Of a DNA stretch of 64,000 nt, positions 47,984 to 58,281 are shown piece after piece. Origin of the DNA: Alphaproteobacteria bacterium. Lineage in GTDB: Bacteria > Pseudomonadota > Alphaproteobacteria > JAEULC01. The DNA is taken from contig JAKLKW010000001.1 in NCBI GenBank assembly GCA_023150455.1, positions 74,907 to 138,906 of the forward strand. The letters run 5' to 3'. A model generated the notes under the pieces. It was not told the origin of the DNA. It ran no database searches and was given only the letters and a program-made list of their open reading frames with translations. Position 1 is the first letter of the stretch; the number at the start of each line of letters is the position of its first letter. The translations under genes and the position numbers were made by a program.

Positions 47984-49552
47984 TCACTTCGTCTTTTCGA
48001 TGTTCCAGGCCACCAGAAGCAGCGCGTTCGGCACGCCCTTCAGGTTGTTGCGATAGGCGACCGGCGCGGTGAACTGCCCCGTGTTGATGTAGGGGAAGGT
48101 CTCAAAGTAGCGCTTCTGCATCGCCTCGGCGGCGGCCTTCTGCTCGGCCAGCGTGCCCGCCTTGACGTAGTCGGCGCGCAGCTTCTCCATCTGCTCGTCG
48201 CACGGCCATCCGAACCAGTTCTTCTTGTCGCAGGTCGTCACCAGCGGCGCGTTGGTGATCGGGTTCGACATCGGGATTCCGGTCCACCAGGTCGGGAAGA
48301 TGTTCCAGCCCGGCGAGCCCTGACCCGGCGCGTCCTGCTTGGTGCGGCGCGTGATGAGCGTGCCCCAGTCCATCGCCTGCAGGTCCACGTTGATGCCGGC
48401 CTCGCGCAGCTTCTGCGCCATGACGACCGCGATGGTGCCGATCAGCTGCTGGTCGGTCGGCTGCATGATGACGATCTTCTCGCCCTTGTAGCCGGCTTCC
48501 TTGAACAGCTGCTTGGCCTTCTCGACATTGGGCTTGCGGTGGTTCTCGCTGTGCTTGGTCGTCTCCAGCGGCGAGCCGCACATGAAGATGGCGTAGCATT
48601 CCTTCTCGTACTCGGGATTGCCCACCATCGCCGCCAGGAACTCCTTCTGGTCGACCAGGAGCTGCAGCGCCTCGCGCGCCTTCACGTTGTTGAACGGCGG
48701 GTGCAGGTGGTTCGGCCGGATATGGCCCATCTTGCCGAGCGGGTCGAGGACGCGAACCGTGATGTTCTTGTCCTTCTTCATCGCCGGCAGCAGGTCATAG
48801 GGCGGCTGCTCGATGGCATCGACCTCGCCGGCCAGCAGCGCCTGCGCCGCCGTGTTGGTGTCGGGGATGTAGATCCACTCTACCCGGTCGAGCTTCGCGA
48901 CCTTGCCGCCGGCGAAGCCGTCGGACGGCTCGTTGCGCGGCACGTAGTTCGGGTTCTTCTTGTAGACGACCTTGCTGCCGGGAACCCATTCCTCCTTCAC
49001 GAACAGGAACGGCCCCGAGCCGACGGACTCGGTGACCGCCTGGAACGGGTCGGTCATCGCGTCCTTCTCGCGCATGATGAAGACCGGCAGCGACGGGTCG
49101 GCCAGCATCTCGCGCACCGGCCCGAACTTCTCCTTGAAGGTCAGCTCGACCGTCTTGTCGTCCTTCGCCACCAGCGATTGGGCGCGCTGCATCATGGCGA
49201 AGCCGCCGCGCGCGGTGTGCTTGCTCCAGCGGTTGATCGACGCCGCCACGTCCTTGGCCGTCACCGGCGTGCCGTCGTGCCACTTCAGGCCCGGGCGCAG
49301 CGTGAAGGTCCACTTCATGCCGTCGGGCGAGGTGGTGTAGCTCTCCACCATCTGCGGCTTCGGCTCGAGCTTGCTGTTCAGCGCGAACAGCGTGTCGTAG
49401 ACCATGAGGCCGTGGTTCTGCGTGATCGCCGCCGTGGTCGAGATCGGGTCGAAAATCTTCAGGTCGGCCTGCGGCACGAGCTTCATCGTGCTCTGGGCCA
49501 TGGCCGGAACCGGTCCGGCCAAGAGCCAGGCGGCAGTGGCGGCCATGGCCAT
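47984..49552 (-). CDS. ABC transporter substrate-binding protein, family 5 (DppA/OppA-like), Sec signal peptide
   Basis: Start at ATG 49552 gives MAMAATAAWLLAGPVPAMAQ; family-5 SBP body; the upstream extension of ORF 49759 has no signal and is rejected. Confidence 0.8.
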   Translation of the reverse strand: MAMAATAAWLLAGPVPAMAQSTMKLVPQADLKIFDPISTTAAITQNHGLMVYDTLFALNSKLEPKPQMVESYTTSPDGMKWTFTLRPGLKWHDGTPVTAKDVAASINRWSKHTARGGFAMMQRAQSLVAKDDKTVELTFKEKFGPVREMLADPSLPVFIMREKDAMTDPFQAVTESVGSGPFLFVKEEWVPGSKVVYKKNPNYVPRNEPSDGFAGGKVAKLDRVEWIYIPDTNTAAQALLAGEVDAIEQPPYDLLPAMKKDKNITVRVLDPLGKMGHIRPNHLHPPFNNVKAREALQLLVDQKEFLAAMVGNPEYEKECYAIFMCGSPLETTKHSENHRKPNVEKAKQLFKEAGYKGEKIVIMQPTDQQLIGTIAVVMAQKLREAGINVDLQAMDWGTLITRRTKQDAPGQGSPGWNIFPTWWTGIPMSNPITNAPLVTTCDKKNWFGWPCDEQMEKLRADYVKAGTLAEQKAAAEAMQKRYFETFPYINTGQFTAPVAYRNNLKGVPNALLLVAWNIEKTK

Positions 49553-49771
49553 GCGGCCAAGCCATCGCTGTGCAGTTGGCGCCACGTTTCGTCTCCTTGC
49601 GAGTGGTGATCCCCCGATCCGGGCCGCACGGGTTGGCCCCGGGGACGCGGATCGCCCACGATCTTGCTCTCTCCCGGCAGCGTCCGCAACTCGCGGAGCA
49701 GCCATCGGATCAGGCAGTGGCTGCCCGATTGTTGGCCGGGCCGGCGGCCCGGTCTGCAACCCTTCGGCCGC

Positions 49772-52093
49772 CTAGGCGGAGCGCGCCTTCATGTCGTCGA
49801 CGGCCGCGAGGATGCGCTCGGGCGTCATCGGCGCGTCGAGCTTCGGCGCAAGGCGATGATCGCCGAGGCTCGCGACCGCGTCGCGTGCCGCAAGCCAGAC
49901 GGCGATCGCCAGCATCAGCGGCGGCTCGCCGATCGCCTTGGACCGGAACACGGTGTCCTCGCGGTTGGGCGCGTCGGGCAGCAGGCGCACGTTGAACACC
50001 GGCGGCACGTCGCGGCTGCCCGGGATCTTGTAGGTCGACGGTCCGTGCGTCCCAAGCCGTCCCGCCCGGTCCCACCACAGCTCCTCCGTGGTGAGCCAGC
50101 CCAGCCCTTGAACGAAGGCGCCTTCGGTCTGGCCGAGGTCGATCGCCGGATTGATCGAGCGGCCGCAGTCCTGCACCAGCTCGGCGCGCAAGGTCCGCAT
50201 CTCGCCGGTCAGCGTGTCGATGGCGACCTCGCAGGCCGCGGCGCCGTAGACGAAGTAGTAGAAGGGGCGGCCCTTGCCGGCCTGGCCGTCCCAATGGATC
50301 TTCGGCGTGCGGTAGTATCCGGTCGACGACAGCGACACGCGCCGGCGCCAGCACATCTCGGCCAGCTCGGCGAAGGCGAGGCTCTTGTTGCCGGCGAAGA
50401 CGCGGTTGTCGGCGAAGACGATCTCGCCGGCCGGCACGCCGAAATGCGCGGCGGCGACCTCGGCCATGCGCGCCTTGATCCGGCCGGCCGCATCGAGCGC
50501 GGCCATGCCGTTCATGTCGGTGCCGGACGATGCCGCGGTCGCCGAGGTGTTCGGCACCTTGCCGGTGCTGGTCGCCGAGACGCGCACATGCTCGACGTCG
50601 ATCTGGAACGCCTCGGCCACCACTTGCGCGATCTTGACGAAGAGGCCCTGGCCCATCTCGGTCCCGCCGTGGTTCAGGTGCACCGAACCGTCGGTGTAGA
50701 CATGCACCAGCGCGCCGGCCTGGTTCAGCGTGGTCAGGTTGAACGAGATACCGAACTTGACCGGCATCGTCGCCAGGCCCTTCTTCACCACGGGGTTCGC
50801 GCGGTTGAAGGCATCGATCTCGCTTCGCCACCGCGCGAGGTCGACGGCGCCGTCCAGCTCGGCCATGACGCGCTCGATGATGTTGTCCTCGACTTTCATG
50901 CCGTAGGGCGTCGTGTCGTTGCGGCCGATGCCGTAGAAGTTCCGCTGCCGCACGGTCTCGAGCGGCAGGCGCAGGTGCCGCGCGACCGCGTCGATCACCG
51001 CCTCGATGCCGAACATGCCCTGCGGCCCGCCGAAACCGCGGAAGGCGGTGTTCGACACGGTGTTGGTCTTGCACGCGAGGCCGCGCAACCGCACGTTCGG
51101 CAGAAAGTAGCAGTTGTCGGCGTGGCACAGCGCGCGCGCGATCACGGCGGGCGACAGGTCGGCAACGTTGCCGGCATTGGCGGCGTAGAGCATGTCCAGC
51201 GCCTGGATGCGCCCCTCGGGGTCGAAGCCGACCTCGTAGCGGATCAGGAAGGGATGGCGCTTGCCGGTCGCCTGCATGTCGTCGTCGCGGGCCAGGCGCA
51301 GCTTCACCGGACGGCGCGTCTTCCAGGCCAGCAGCGCGGCGATGCCGGCGATGATCGTCGCCTGGCTCTCCTTGCCGCCGAAGGCGCCGCCCATGCGGCG
51401 CACGTCGACCGTCACCGCGTTGAACGGCAGGCCGAGCAGGTGCGCGACGCCGTGCTGCACCTCGGTCGGATGCTGGGTCGAGCTGAAGACCTGCATGTCG
51501 CGCTCTTCGCCCGGCACCGCCAGCGCGATCTGTCCCTCGAGGTAGAAATGGTCCTGCCCGCCGCAGCGCGCCTCGCCGGCCAGGCGCAAGGGCGCGGCGT
51601 CGAGCGCCGGGCCCACGTCGCCGCGCTCGATCTTCTGCTCGGGCGCGACGAGCAGGCCGCGTTCCAGCGCCTCTTCGATCGTCAGCACCGGCGGCAGCAC
51701 CTCGTAGGCGATCTCGACCCGCTTGGCCGCCGCGCGCGCCTGGTCGAGCGTGTCGGCGGCGATGGCGGCGACCGGATGGCCGACATACTCGGCGACGCCA
51801 TCCGCCAGTGCCGGCTCGCCCTTCAGGATCGGCGCGATGTCGTTCCTGCCCGGTATGTCGCCGGCGGCGATCGCGGCCCGCACACCGGGCGCGGCAAGCG
51901 CGCGGGCGAAATCGACACTGGCGATGCGCGCATGCGCATGCGGGCTCAACACCAGGGCGGCTTCGAGCGTGCCGGGCACGGTCGGCACATCGTCCAGGTA
52001 CAGGGCGCTTCCGGTGACATGGCCGATGGCGCTCTCATGGCGCACCGGGCTTTGCACGCCGCCCTTGATGCGGTGCGCCGGCGCCGCGGTCAC
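49772..52093 (-). CDS. xdhB: Xanthine dehydrogenase molybdopterin-binding subunit XdhB
   Basis: Aldehyde-oxidase/xanthine-DH a/b-hammerhead and MoCo domains (..VGHVTGSALYLDD.., ..GGAFGGKE..); GTG start overlapping the xdhA stop (GTGA); about 773 aa. Confidence 0.85.
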   Translation of the reverse strand: MTAAPAHRIKGGVQSPVRHESAIGHVTGSALYLDDVPTVPGTLEAALVLSPHAHARIASVDFARALAAPGVRAAIAAGDIPGRNDIAPILKGEPALADGVAEYVGHPVAAIAADTLDQARAAAKRVEIAYEVLPPVLTIEEALERGLLVAPEQKIERGDVGPALDAAPLRLAGEARCGGQDHFYLEGQIALAVPGEERDMQVFSSTQHPTEVQHGVAHLLGLPFNAVTVDVRRMGGAFGGKESQATIIAGIAALLAWKTRRPVKLRLARDDDMQATGKRHPFLIRYEVGFDPEGRIQALDMLYAANAGNVADLSPAVIARALCHADNCYFLPNVRLRGLACKTNTVSNTAFRGFGGPQGMFGIEAVIDAVARHLRLPLETVRQRNFYGIGRNDTTPYGMKVEDNIIERVMAELDGAVDLARWRSEIDAFNRANPVVKKGLATMPVKFGISFNLTTLNQAGALVHVYTDGSVHLNHGGTEMGQGLFVKIAQVVAEAFQIDVEHVRVSATSTGKVPNTSATAASSGTDMNGMAALDAAGRIKARMAEVAAAHFGVPAGEIVFADNRVFAGNKSLAFAELAEMCWRRRVSLSSTGYYRTPKIHWDGQAGKGRPFYYFVYGAAACEVAIDTLTGEMRTLRAELVQDCGRSINPAIDLGQTEGAFVQGLGWLTTEELWWDRAGRLGTHGPSTYKIPGSRDVPPVFNVRLLPDAPNREDTVFRSKAIGEPPLMLAIAVWLAARDAVASLGDHRLAPKLDAPMTPERILAAVDDMKARSA

Positions 52094-53520
52094 AGCGCGT
52101 CCAACCCGGCCGGCGCCGGCCCCGCGCCGGTCTCGAGCTGCAGGCGCCGCACGAGATTGGCCGCGGCGCGCAGCCGGTACGCGGCCGTCGCGCGGACATC
52201 GTCGATCGGCTGGAAATCGCGGGCGACCAGCGCGTCGACATCGACCAGCGATTCCCGCCGCCACATGCGCCCGGTCAACGCCGCTTCCAGCGCCGACGCG
52301 CGCCTTGGCGTCGCCGCCATGCCGCCAAAGGCGGCGCGGAACTCGGCCAGCCGTCCCCGGTCCAGCTCGAGTCGGAACGCGGCGATCACCGCCGAGATGT
52401 CCTGGTCGAAGCGCTTGGACAGCTTGTAGGCGACGAAGCGCTGCCCGTTCCCGAGGCGCGGAATCTCGATGGCGTCGATGAACTCGCCGGGACGGAGATC
52501 GGTCTTGCGATAGCCCGTGATGAAGGATTCGACCTCGAGCCGGCGCGTGCCCTCCGCCGAGCGCAGGACGACCGAGGCGCCGAGCGCGATGAGGCAGGGC
52601 AGCGTGTCGCCGATCGGCGACGCGGTGGCGATGTTGCCGGCCAGCGTGCCGAGATTGCGGATCTGGCGCGAGCCGATGCGCCGCACCAGCGCGGCGAAGC
52701 TCGGGAAGTCCGAGTCGAGACAGGGCAGCGCCTCGGCATAGGTCACCGCGCCGCCGAAGGTCTGCACGTCCGGCCCGCGGAGGATCCGCTTCAATTCGGG
52801 CACCGACTGGGTCGAGATCACGACCGGCGGCCCCCGTCGCTCCTTGCTTGCAAGGAGTCCCAGGTCGGTGCCGCCGCCAAGCAGCGGTGCCTCGGGATTC
52901 TGGCGAAGCAGCTGATGCAGATCATCGATGCTGCGCGGCGCGTAGAAGCTTCGCCCGTGTCGGGTATAGCCGATGCCGGGCGGAACGTCGGACAGCCTGG
53001 CGAGGTCCTCCGCCGCGCGCGCCGCCAGCGGATCGGGCGCCGCGGCGGCGCGCTTGCAGGCGTCGACGATCGGGCGATAGCCGGTGCAGCGGCAGAGGTT
53101 GCCGGCCAGCGCGTCGTGGATCGCCGCGTCGTCGGCCGTCTCGCCGCCCTGGCGGAAGGCGAGCATGGCCATGACGAAACCGGGCGTGCAGAAGCCGCAC
53201 TGCGTGCCGTCGGTCTCGACCAGCGCCTGCTGCACCGGATGGAGCGCGCCGTCGGGCGCGGCGAGGCCCTCGACCGTCAGCACCGCGGCGCCGTCGATCT
53301 GCGGCAGCAGCATCAGGCAGGAATTGACCGCCCGGTAGCGCGCCCCGCCGTGCGGCCACGCGACGGCGATCGTGCAGGCGCCGCAATCGCCCTCGGCGCA
53401 TCCTTCCTTGGCGCCGGTCAGGCGCCGGACCCCGCGCAGGTAGTCCAGCACGGTCATCGTCGGGGAAGCGCTGTCCTCGACGACGCGCTGCCCGTTCAGG
53501 AGGAACCGCAGCGCCGCCAT
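52090..53520 (-). CDS. xdhA: Xanthine dehydrogenase small subunit XdhA (2Fe-2S plus FAD-binding domains)
   Basis: Ferredoxin-like cysteines (CAEGDCGACT.., CGFCTPGFV.., CRCTGY) then FAD-binding CO-dehydrogenase-flavoprotein domain; 476 aa. Confidence 0.85.
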   Translation of the reverse strand: MAALRFLLNGQRVVEDSASPTMTVLDYLRGVRRLTGAKEGCAEGDCGACTIAVAWPHGGARYRAVNSCLMLLPQIDGAAVLTVEGLAAPDGALHPVQQALVETDGTQCGFCTPGFVMAMLAFRQGGETADDAAIHDALAGNLCRCTGYRPIVDACKRAAAAPDPLAARAAEDLARLSDVPPGIGYTRHGRSFYAPRSIDDLHQLLRQNPEAPLLGGGTDLGLLASKERRGPPVVISTQSVPELKRILRGPDVQTFGGAVTYAEALPCLDSDFPSFAALVRRIGSRQIRNLGTLAGNIATASPIGDTLPCLIALGASVVLRSAEGTRRLEVESFITGYRKTDLRPGEFIDAIEIPRLGNGQRFVAYKLSKRFDQDISAVIAAFRLELDRGRLAEFRAAFGGMAATPRRASALEAALTGRMWRRESLVDVDALVARDFQPIDDVRATAAYRLRAAANLVRRLQLETGAGPAPAGLDAL

Positions 53521-53528
53521 GGCGGACC

Positions 53529-54299
53529 TCAGGTGCCCGCGCTCATCGAGGAGCGGAAGGCCCAGCGCGTCATGCGGCGCTCGATCGCGGCGAACACCGC
53601 GTACATGGCGATGCCCTCGACCGCGAGGCCCAGCAGGCCGGCGAAGACCAGCGGCATCTGGAAGTTCGAGCCCGCCTGCACCATCAGGAAGCCGAGGCCC
53701 GCATTGGCCGCGATGGTCTCTGACACGACCGCGCCGACGAAGGCGAGCGTGATCGCCACCTTCAGCGAGCCGAACAGATAGGGCTGCGCGCGCGGGATGC
53801 CGACCTTCAGCATGATGTCCATCTTACGCGCTCCGAGCGCCCGGAGCACGTCCTCGAGCTCCGGCTCCATCGTCGCCAGGCCCGTCGCCACGTTGACGAC
53901 GATCGGGAAGAACGAGATCAGGAACGCCGTCAGGATCGCCGGTATCTCGCCGATGCCGAACCACACCACCAGGATCGGCACCACCGCGACCTTGGGGATC
54001 GAGTTGAACCCGATCATGACGGGGTAGATGCCGCGATAGATGGCGCGCGACCAGCCCACCACCAGCCCCAAGGCCACGCCGAAGGCGACCGCGAGCGCGA
54101 ACCCCGCCATCGTCGTCCACAACGTCACGCCCGAATGCCGGAGCAGCGGACGCCAGTACTGGCCGACGGCCAGGAACACCTGCGACGGCGCCGGCATGAT
54201 GAACGGATCGACCTTGGCCAGGCGACAGACCAGCTCCCATGCGACGAACAGGCCGATGGTGAACAGCCAGGGCGACAGGCGCTCGAGCGTCGAGGTCAT
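53529..54299 (-). CDS. ABC transporter permease, NitT/TauT (SsuC/TauC-like) family
   Basis: 256 aa from ATG 54299 (MTSTLERLSPWLF...), overlapping the ATPase stop by ATGA; 6 TM with EAA-like loop. Confidence 0.85.
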   Translation of the reverse strand: MTSTLERLSPWLFTIGLFVAWELVCRLAKVDPFIMPAPSQVFLAVGQYWRPLLRHSGVTLWTTMAGFALAVAFGVALGLVVGWSRAIYRGIYPVMIGFNSIPKVAVVPILVVWFGIGEIPAILTAFLISFFPIVVNVATGLATMEPELEDVLRALGARKMDIMLKVGIPRAQPYLFGSLKVAITLAFVGAVVSETIAANAGLGFLMVQAGSNFQMPLVFAGLLGLAVEGIAMYAVFAAIERRMTRWAFRSSMSAGT

Positions 54300-55084
54300 C
54301 CCTGCCTTACCTCCGCGATCCTGCCGCGCAGGTCGTGCACGATGTCGACGAAGGCGGGTTCGAAGCACACGGAGAGGTCGCGCGGGCGCGCGAGATCGAC
54401 CCGACGCGTCGCGACGATGCGGCCGGGCCGCGCGCTCATCACGTGGATCGTGTCGGCGAGGAAGGCGGCCTCGCGCAGGTCGTGCGTCACCAGGATCACC
54501 GTGAAGCCGATCTTCTGCCACAGGTCGCGCAGCACGCACCACAGCTCCTCGCGCGTGAAGGCGTCGAGCGCGGCGAAGGGCTCGTCCAGCATCAGCAGCG
54601 CCGGCTCATGGATCAACGCGCGGCACAGCGACACGCGCTGCTGCATGCCGCCGGACAGCTCCCACGGGAAGCGGTGGCCGAAGCCGTCGAGCCCGACCGT
54701 GCCGAGCAGGGCCCCGGCCGCGGCGGCGTAGCGCTTGCGCTCGGCGCGGAAGCGGCCGCGATGCGGTTCCACGATCTCGAGCGGCAGCAGGACGTTGTCG
54801 ATGACGCTGCGCCAGGGCAGGAGACTCGGGTTCTGGAACGCCATGCCGGCGAGCTTGACCGGCCCGGTCACCCTGGCGCCAGCCACGCCGACGGTGCCGG
54901 CCGTGGGCGCGACCAGTCCTGTCACCAGCTTCATCAAGGTCGACTTGCCGCAGCCGGACGGGCCGACCACGGCGGCGAACTCGCCCTTGGCCACCTTCAG
55001 GCTGGTGTCGCGGAGCGCCAGGACCTCGCCCGACGCGCCGCGATAGGCCAGCGAGACCTTGTCGAGCTCGACGAACGCGCTCAC
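54296..55084 (-). CDS. ABC transporter ATP-binding protein, NitT/TauT (SsuB/TauB-like) family
   Basis: Walker A GPSGCGKST, signature LSGGMQQRVSL, Walker B LMLDEP. Confidence 0.9.
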   Translation of the reverse strand: MSAFVELDKVSLAYRGASGEVLALRDTSLKVAKGEFAAVVGPSGCGKSTLMKLVTGLVAPTAGTVGVAGARVTGPVKLAGMAFQNPSLLPWRSVIDNVLLPLEIVEPHRGRFRAERKRYAAAAGALLGTVGLDGFGHRFPWELSGGMQQRVSLCRALIHEPALLMLDEPFAALDAFTREELWCVLRDLWQKIGFTVILVTHDLREAAFLADTIHVMSARPGRIVATRRVDLARPRDLSVCFEPAFVDIVHDLRGRIAEVRQG

Positions 55085-55091
55085 TCCCCGG

Positions 55092-56099
55092 TCACAGCTT
55101 GCGCTCGCCCGCCGGCGGCAGGTATTGCGCGTCGAACACGTCCTCGGGCTTCGGCCTGTTCTTGAACTCGTAGGTCACGGCGATCTGCTCGATCGACGCG
55201 GCCAGCCGCTTCATGTCGACGCCGCCGAAGCCGTTGGCCTTGACCCAGGACGTGACCATGTTGTCGCGCAGGCACATCTCGAGGCGTGCCAGCTCGATCT
55301 TCTCGTCGCCGGTCTCGTTGCGCTTCATCACCGACTTGATGGCGGCGGCCGGATCCTTGACCGTGTCCTGCACGCCCTTGATCGTGGCGCGCACGAAGCC
55401 GGCGACGACCTTCGGGTTGGCCTTGGCGAAGCCGGGGTTGACCATCACCGCGTTGCCGTACAGCACCAGCCCGTAGTTCGACATCAGCATGACCTTGATG
55501 TCCTCGGCCTTCACCCCCTTCTGCAGCAGGTTGAAGTAGGACGAGAACGAGAAGCCGGTGATCGCGTGCACCGCGCCCGACGCCAGCATCGGCTCGCGCA
55601 CCGGGAAGCCGATGTTGTTGATGGTAACCTTCGACGCGTCGATGCCGTTCTCCTTCACGAAGGCCTTCCACTGCGCGAAGGCGCCGTCCGGCGCCGGCGC
55701 GCCCAGGATCTTGCCTTCCAGGTCCTTGGGCTTCGCGATGCCGGTCTTGGACAGGGTCACGATCGAGAAGGGCGGCTGGTCGTAGACCATCAGCACCGCG
55801 GCCACCTTCTTGTCCGGATTCTGGTCCTGGAACTTGACCAGCGAGTTGATGTCGAAGAAGCCCATCGGGTAGGTGCCGGCGGCGACCCGCGCGATGCCGG
55901 CGACCGAGCCCGGCCCGGTGTCGATCGTGACGTCCAGCCCCTCGGCCTTGTAGTAGCCTTTGTCGATGGCGACGAAATAGGGCGCCGCCGGCCCCTCGAA
56001 CTTCCAGTCGAGCGCGAACTTGAGCGGCGTCTGCGCCGCGGCCCCGCCGCCGGCCAGCAACGCCGCGCCCAGCACGCCCGACATCCCGATTCGCCGCAT
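55092..56099 (-). CDS. ABC transporter substrate-binding protein, NMT1/THI5-like (NitT/TauT family), signal peptide
   Basis: Signal MRRIGMSGVLGAALLAGGGAAAQ; SsuA/TauA/ThiY-like body. Confidence 0.85.
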   Translation of the reverse strand: MRRIGMSGVLGAALLAGGGAAAQTPLKFALDWKFEGPAAPYFVAIDKGYYKAEGLDVTIDTGPGSVAGIARVAAGTYPMGFFDINSLVKFQDQNPDKKVAAVLMVYDQPPFSIVTLSKTGIAKPKDLEGKILGAPAPDGAFAQWKAFVKENGIDASKVTINNIGFPVREPMLASGAVHAITGFSFSSYFNLLQKGVKAEDIKVMLMSNYGLVLYGNAVMVNPGFAKANPKVVAGFVRATIKGVQDTVKDPAAAIKSVMKRNETGDEKIELARLEMCLRDNMVTSWVKANGFGGVDMKRLAASIEQIAVTYEFKNRPKPEDVFDAQYLPPAGERKL

Positions 56100-56183
56100 G
56101 GTCTTTCTCCCCTTGTCTCGGCGGTTGCCATTGTGACGATCCTAGGTTGAGAGCAAGCGCCGTGCCAGCGGATCAGCGCGCAG

Positions 56184-57062
56184 CTAGCTTCCGCGATATG
56201 TCGCGTAGCTCCAGGGCGTGACCAGCAGAGGCACGTGGTAATGCTCCTCCGGCTCGGCCACGGCGAAGCGCAGCGGCACGACGTCGAGGAACGGCGGGTC
56301 GGCGAGATCGATCCTGCGCCCGGCGAAATAGGCCCCCACTTGAAAGCGCAGCTCGTAGCGCGCGATCGGCACGGGCCGGCCGCCGATCAGCGGCTGGTCG
56401 GTGCGGCCGTCGGCATTGGTGACGGCGCGGACGATCAGGCGCTCGCCGCCGGCGTCGAGCTCGTAGAGCTCGATCGCCACGCCGGCGGCCGGTCGGCCGG
56501 CGTGATTGTCGAGCACATGCGTGCTGAGCCGGCCATGCACCTTGAGCCGGTCGGCCGCCTCGACCCGCTGGTCCAGGCGCAGGGCCGTGATGCGCGCGAT
56601 TTCCGCCAGGGCCGCTTCGACCTCCGTCGCCGTGTCGTGCGTCAGCCGTCGCTGGTAGGCCCGCAGGATCGATTCCTTGCCGTGCCGTCGCACGCAGATG
56701 ACGAACGGGAAGCCGAACTTCGCGCGGTAGGCGTCGTTCCGGCGATGGAACTCGGCGAGCTCGGCCGCGCTCAGGCGATCGAGCCCGGCGCTGCCCTGCT
56801 CGGCGACGGAATCGGCCGTCATCTGGCCGGCGCGCGCCGCCTTGCCCGCGAGGTCGGGATGCGCCTTGATGAGCGCGAGGCGCGGACCCGCCGGCGCTGC
56901 GCGCACGATCCCCACCGTCGCCGCGTGCAGCGCGGCCAGCGAGGCGAACGGGCGCTGCCCGAATGCGGCCTCGGCGACCCAGGGCGAATGCTCGAAGAGG
57001 TCGCCGAGCGCGGCGACGAACGCATCCTTGCCGCAGCAGTTGAGCTCGTCGAGCGCGATCAT
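56184..57062 (-). CDS. Bifunctional OHCU decarboxylase / 5-hydroxyisourate hydrolase (UraD-UraH fusion)
   Basis: N-terminal OHCU-decarboxylase domain (..LNCCGKDAFVAALGDLFEHSPWVAE..) and C-terminal transthyretin-like HIU hydrolase ending in the diagnostic YRGS. Start ATG 57062 (GGGGAAG SD), 1 nt after the puuD stop; 57110 would overlap puuD. Confidence 0.75.
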   Translation of the reverse strand: MIALDELNCCGKDAFVAALGDLFEHSPWVAEAAFGQRPFASLAALHAATVGIVRAAPAGPRLALIKAHPDLAGKAARAGQMTADSVAEQGSAGLDRLSAAELAEFHRRNDAYRAKFGFPFVICVRRHGKESILRAYQRRLTHDTATEVEAALAEIARITALRLDQRVEAADRLKVHGRLSTHVLDNHAGRPAAGVAIELYELDAGGERLIVRAVTNADGRTDQPLIGGRPVPIARYELRFQVGAYFAGRRIDLADPPFLDVVPLRFAVAEPEEHYHVPLLVTPWSYATYRGS

Positions 57063-57063
57063 G

Positions 57064-58272
57064 CTACTTCCCCGGCGCGCCGGCGGCGATCCAGGCGCCA
57101 AGCGCCGCACGCTCCGCGCCGGTCATCTCGGTCAGGTTGCCGGGCGGCATGGCATCGGAGCGCACGGCGGCGAGCGCGATCAGCGTCGCTTGGCCGCGGA
57201 TGCGCTCCGGCGTGTCGAGCAACACGCCCTTGGGCGCCGTCGCGATGCCGGGCCAGGCGACGGCCTCGCCATGGCACATCGAGCAGCGCGAGACCACGAT
57301 CTCCGCGACCTGGTCGAAGCCGGGCACGGTCGCGGCGGCACCGGTTTGCGTGCGCGGGCCGGCGGCCGAGAGATACAGCACCAGCGCCATGCCGGCCGCG
57401 GCGACGGCCCAGGTCCACCACGGGCTGCCCTTGCCGGCGTGGCGGCTGTTGAAGAAGTGCCGGATCACCGGGCCGATCAGCAGCACGATGGCGACGATCA
57501 GCCAGTTCCAGCGCGTGGCGTAGAGCAGCGGGTAATGGCCGCCCAGCATCAGGAACACGACCGGCAGGGTCAGGTAGTTGTTGTGGACGGAGCGCTGCTT
57601 GGCTTGGCGGCCCAGGGCCGGGTCGGGCGCGCGGCCGGCGACCAGCGCGGCCACGGTCTTCTTCTGGTTCGGGATGATGACGACGAACACGTTCGCCACC
57701 ATGATCGTCCCGATCAGCGCACCGATCTGCACGAAGGCGCCGCGCCCGCTGAACAGGTGCGTGAAGCCCCAGGTCAGAACGACCAGGAAGGCGAAGCCCA
57801 CCAGCGACAGCGGCGTCTCGTTGTCGCCCAGCTTCGAGCGGCACAGCGCCTCGTAGGCGGCCCAGGCCAGCACCAGCCCGCCCAGGCTCAGCAGCACCGC
57901 GGCCCATGGCGCCAGGTCCAGCACGGTCCTGTCGATCAAATAGAGCTCGGCGCCGAGATAGTAGACTACGACCAGCAGCGCGAAGCCGCTGAGCCAGGTC
58001 GTGTAGGCCTCCCACTTGAACCAAGTCAGCTCGTCCGGCATGCGCGCGGGCGCTACGAGGTACTTGACCATCTGGTAGAAGCCGCCGCCGTGCACCTGCC
58101 AGGCCTCGCCCTGCACGCCGGCCGGCTGGCCCCCATTGGCCTGATCCGGGCGCGCGCGCAGGCTCAGGTCGAGATGAATGAAGTAGAACGAACTGCCGAT
58201 CCACGCGATCCCGGCCACGACGTGCAGCCAGCGGATCAGCGCGCTGACGCCCTCGACGAGGATGAGGTCCAT
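57064..58272 (-). CDS. puuD: Urate hydroxylase PuuD (membrane cytochrome c-type urate oxidase)
   Basis: 402 aa, multiple TM helices followed by a C-terminal cytochrome c domain with CSMCH heme-binding motif. Confidence 0.8.
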   Translation of the reverse strand: MDLILVEGVSALIRWLHVVAGIAWIGSSFYFIHLDLSLRARPDQANGGQPAGVQGEAWQVHGGGFYQMVKYLVAPARMPDELTWFKWEAYTTWLSGFALLVVVYYLGAELYLIDRTVLDLAPWAAVLLSLGGLVLAWAAYEALCRSKLGDNETPLSLVGFAFLVVLTWGFTHLFSGRGAFVQIGALIGTIMVANVFVVIIPNQKKTVAALVAGRAPDPALGRQAKQRSVHNNYLTLPVVFLMLGGHYPLLYATRWNWLIVAIVLLIGPVIRHFFNSRHAGKGSPWWTWAVAAAGMALVLYLSAAGPRTQTGAAATVPGFDQVAEIVVSRCSMCHGEAVAWPGIATAPKGVLLDTPERIRGQATLIALAAVRSDAMPPGNLTEMTGAERAALGAWIAAGAPGK

Positions 58273-58281
58273 CGGCGCGGC

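Noticed and set aside
46478-49609. 1043-aa plus-strand ORF
   Set aside because: Antisense to amidase and the family-5 SBP; low-complexity Arg/Ala/Gly translation.
49664-52429. 921-aa plus-strand ORF, and the 49710..51128 and 50209..50493 ORFs
   Set aside because: Antisense or out-of-frame to xdhB.
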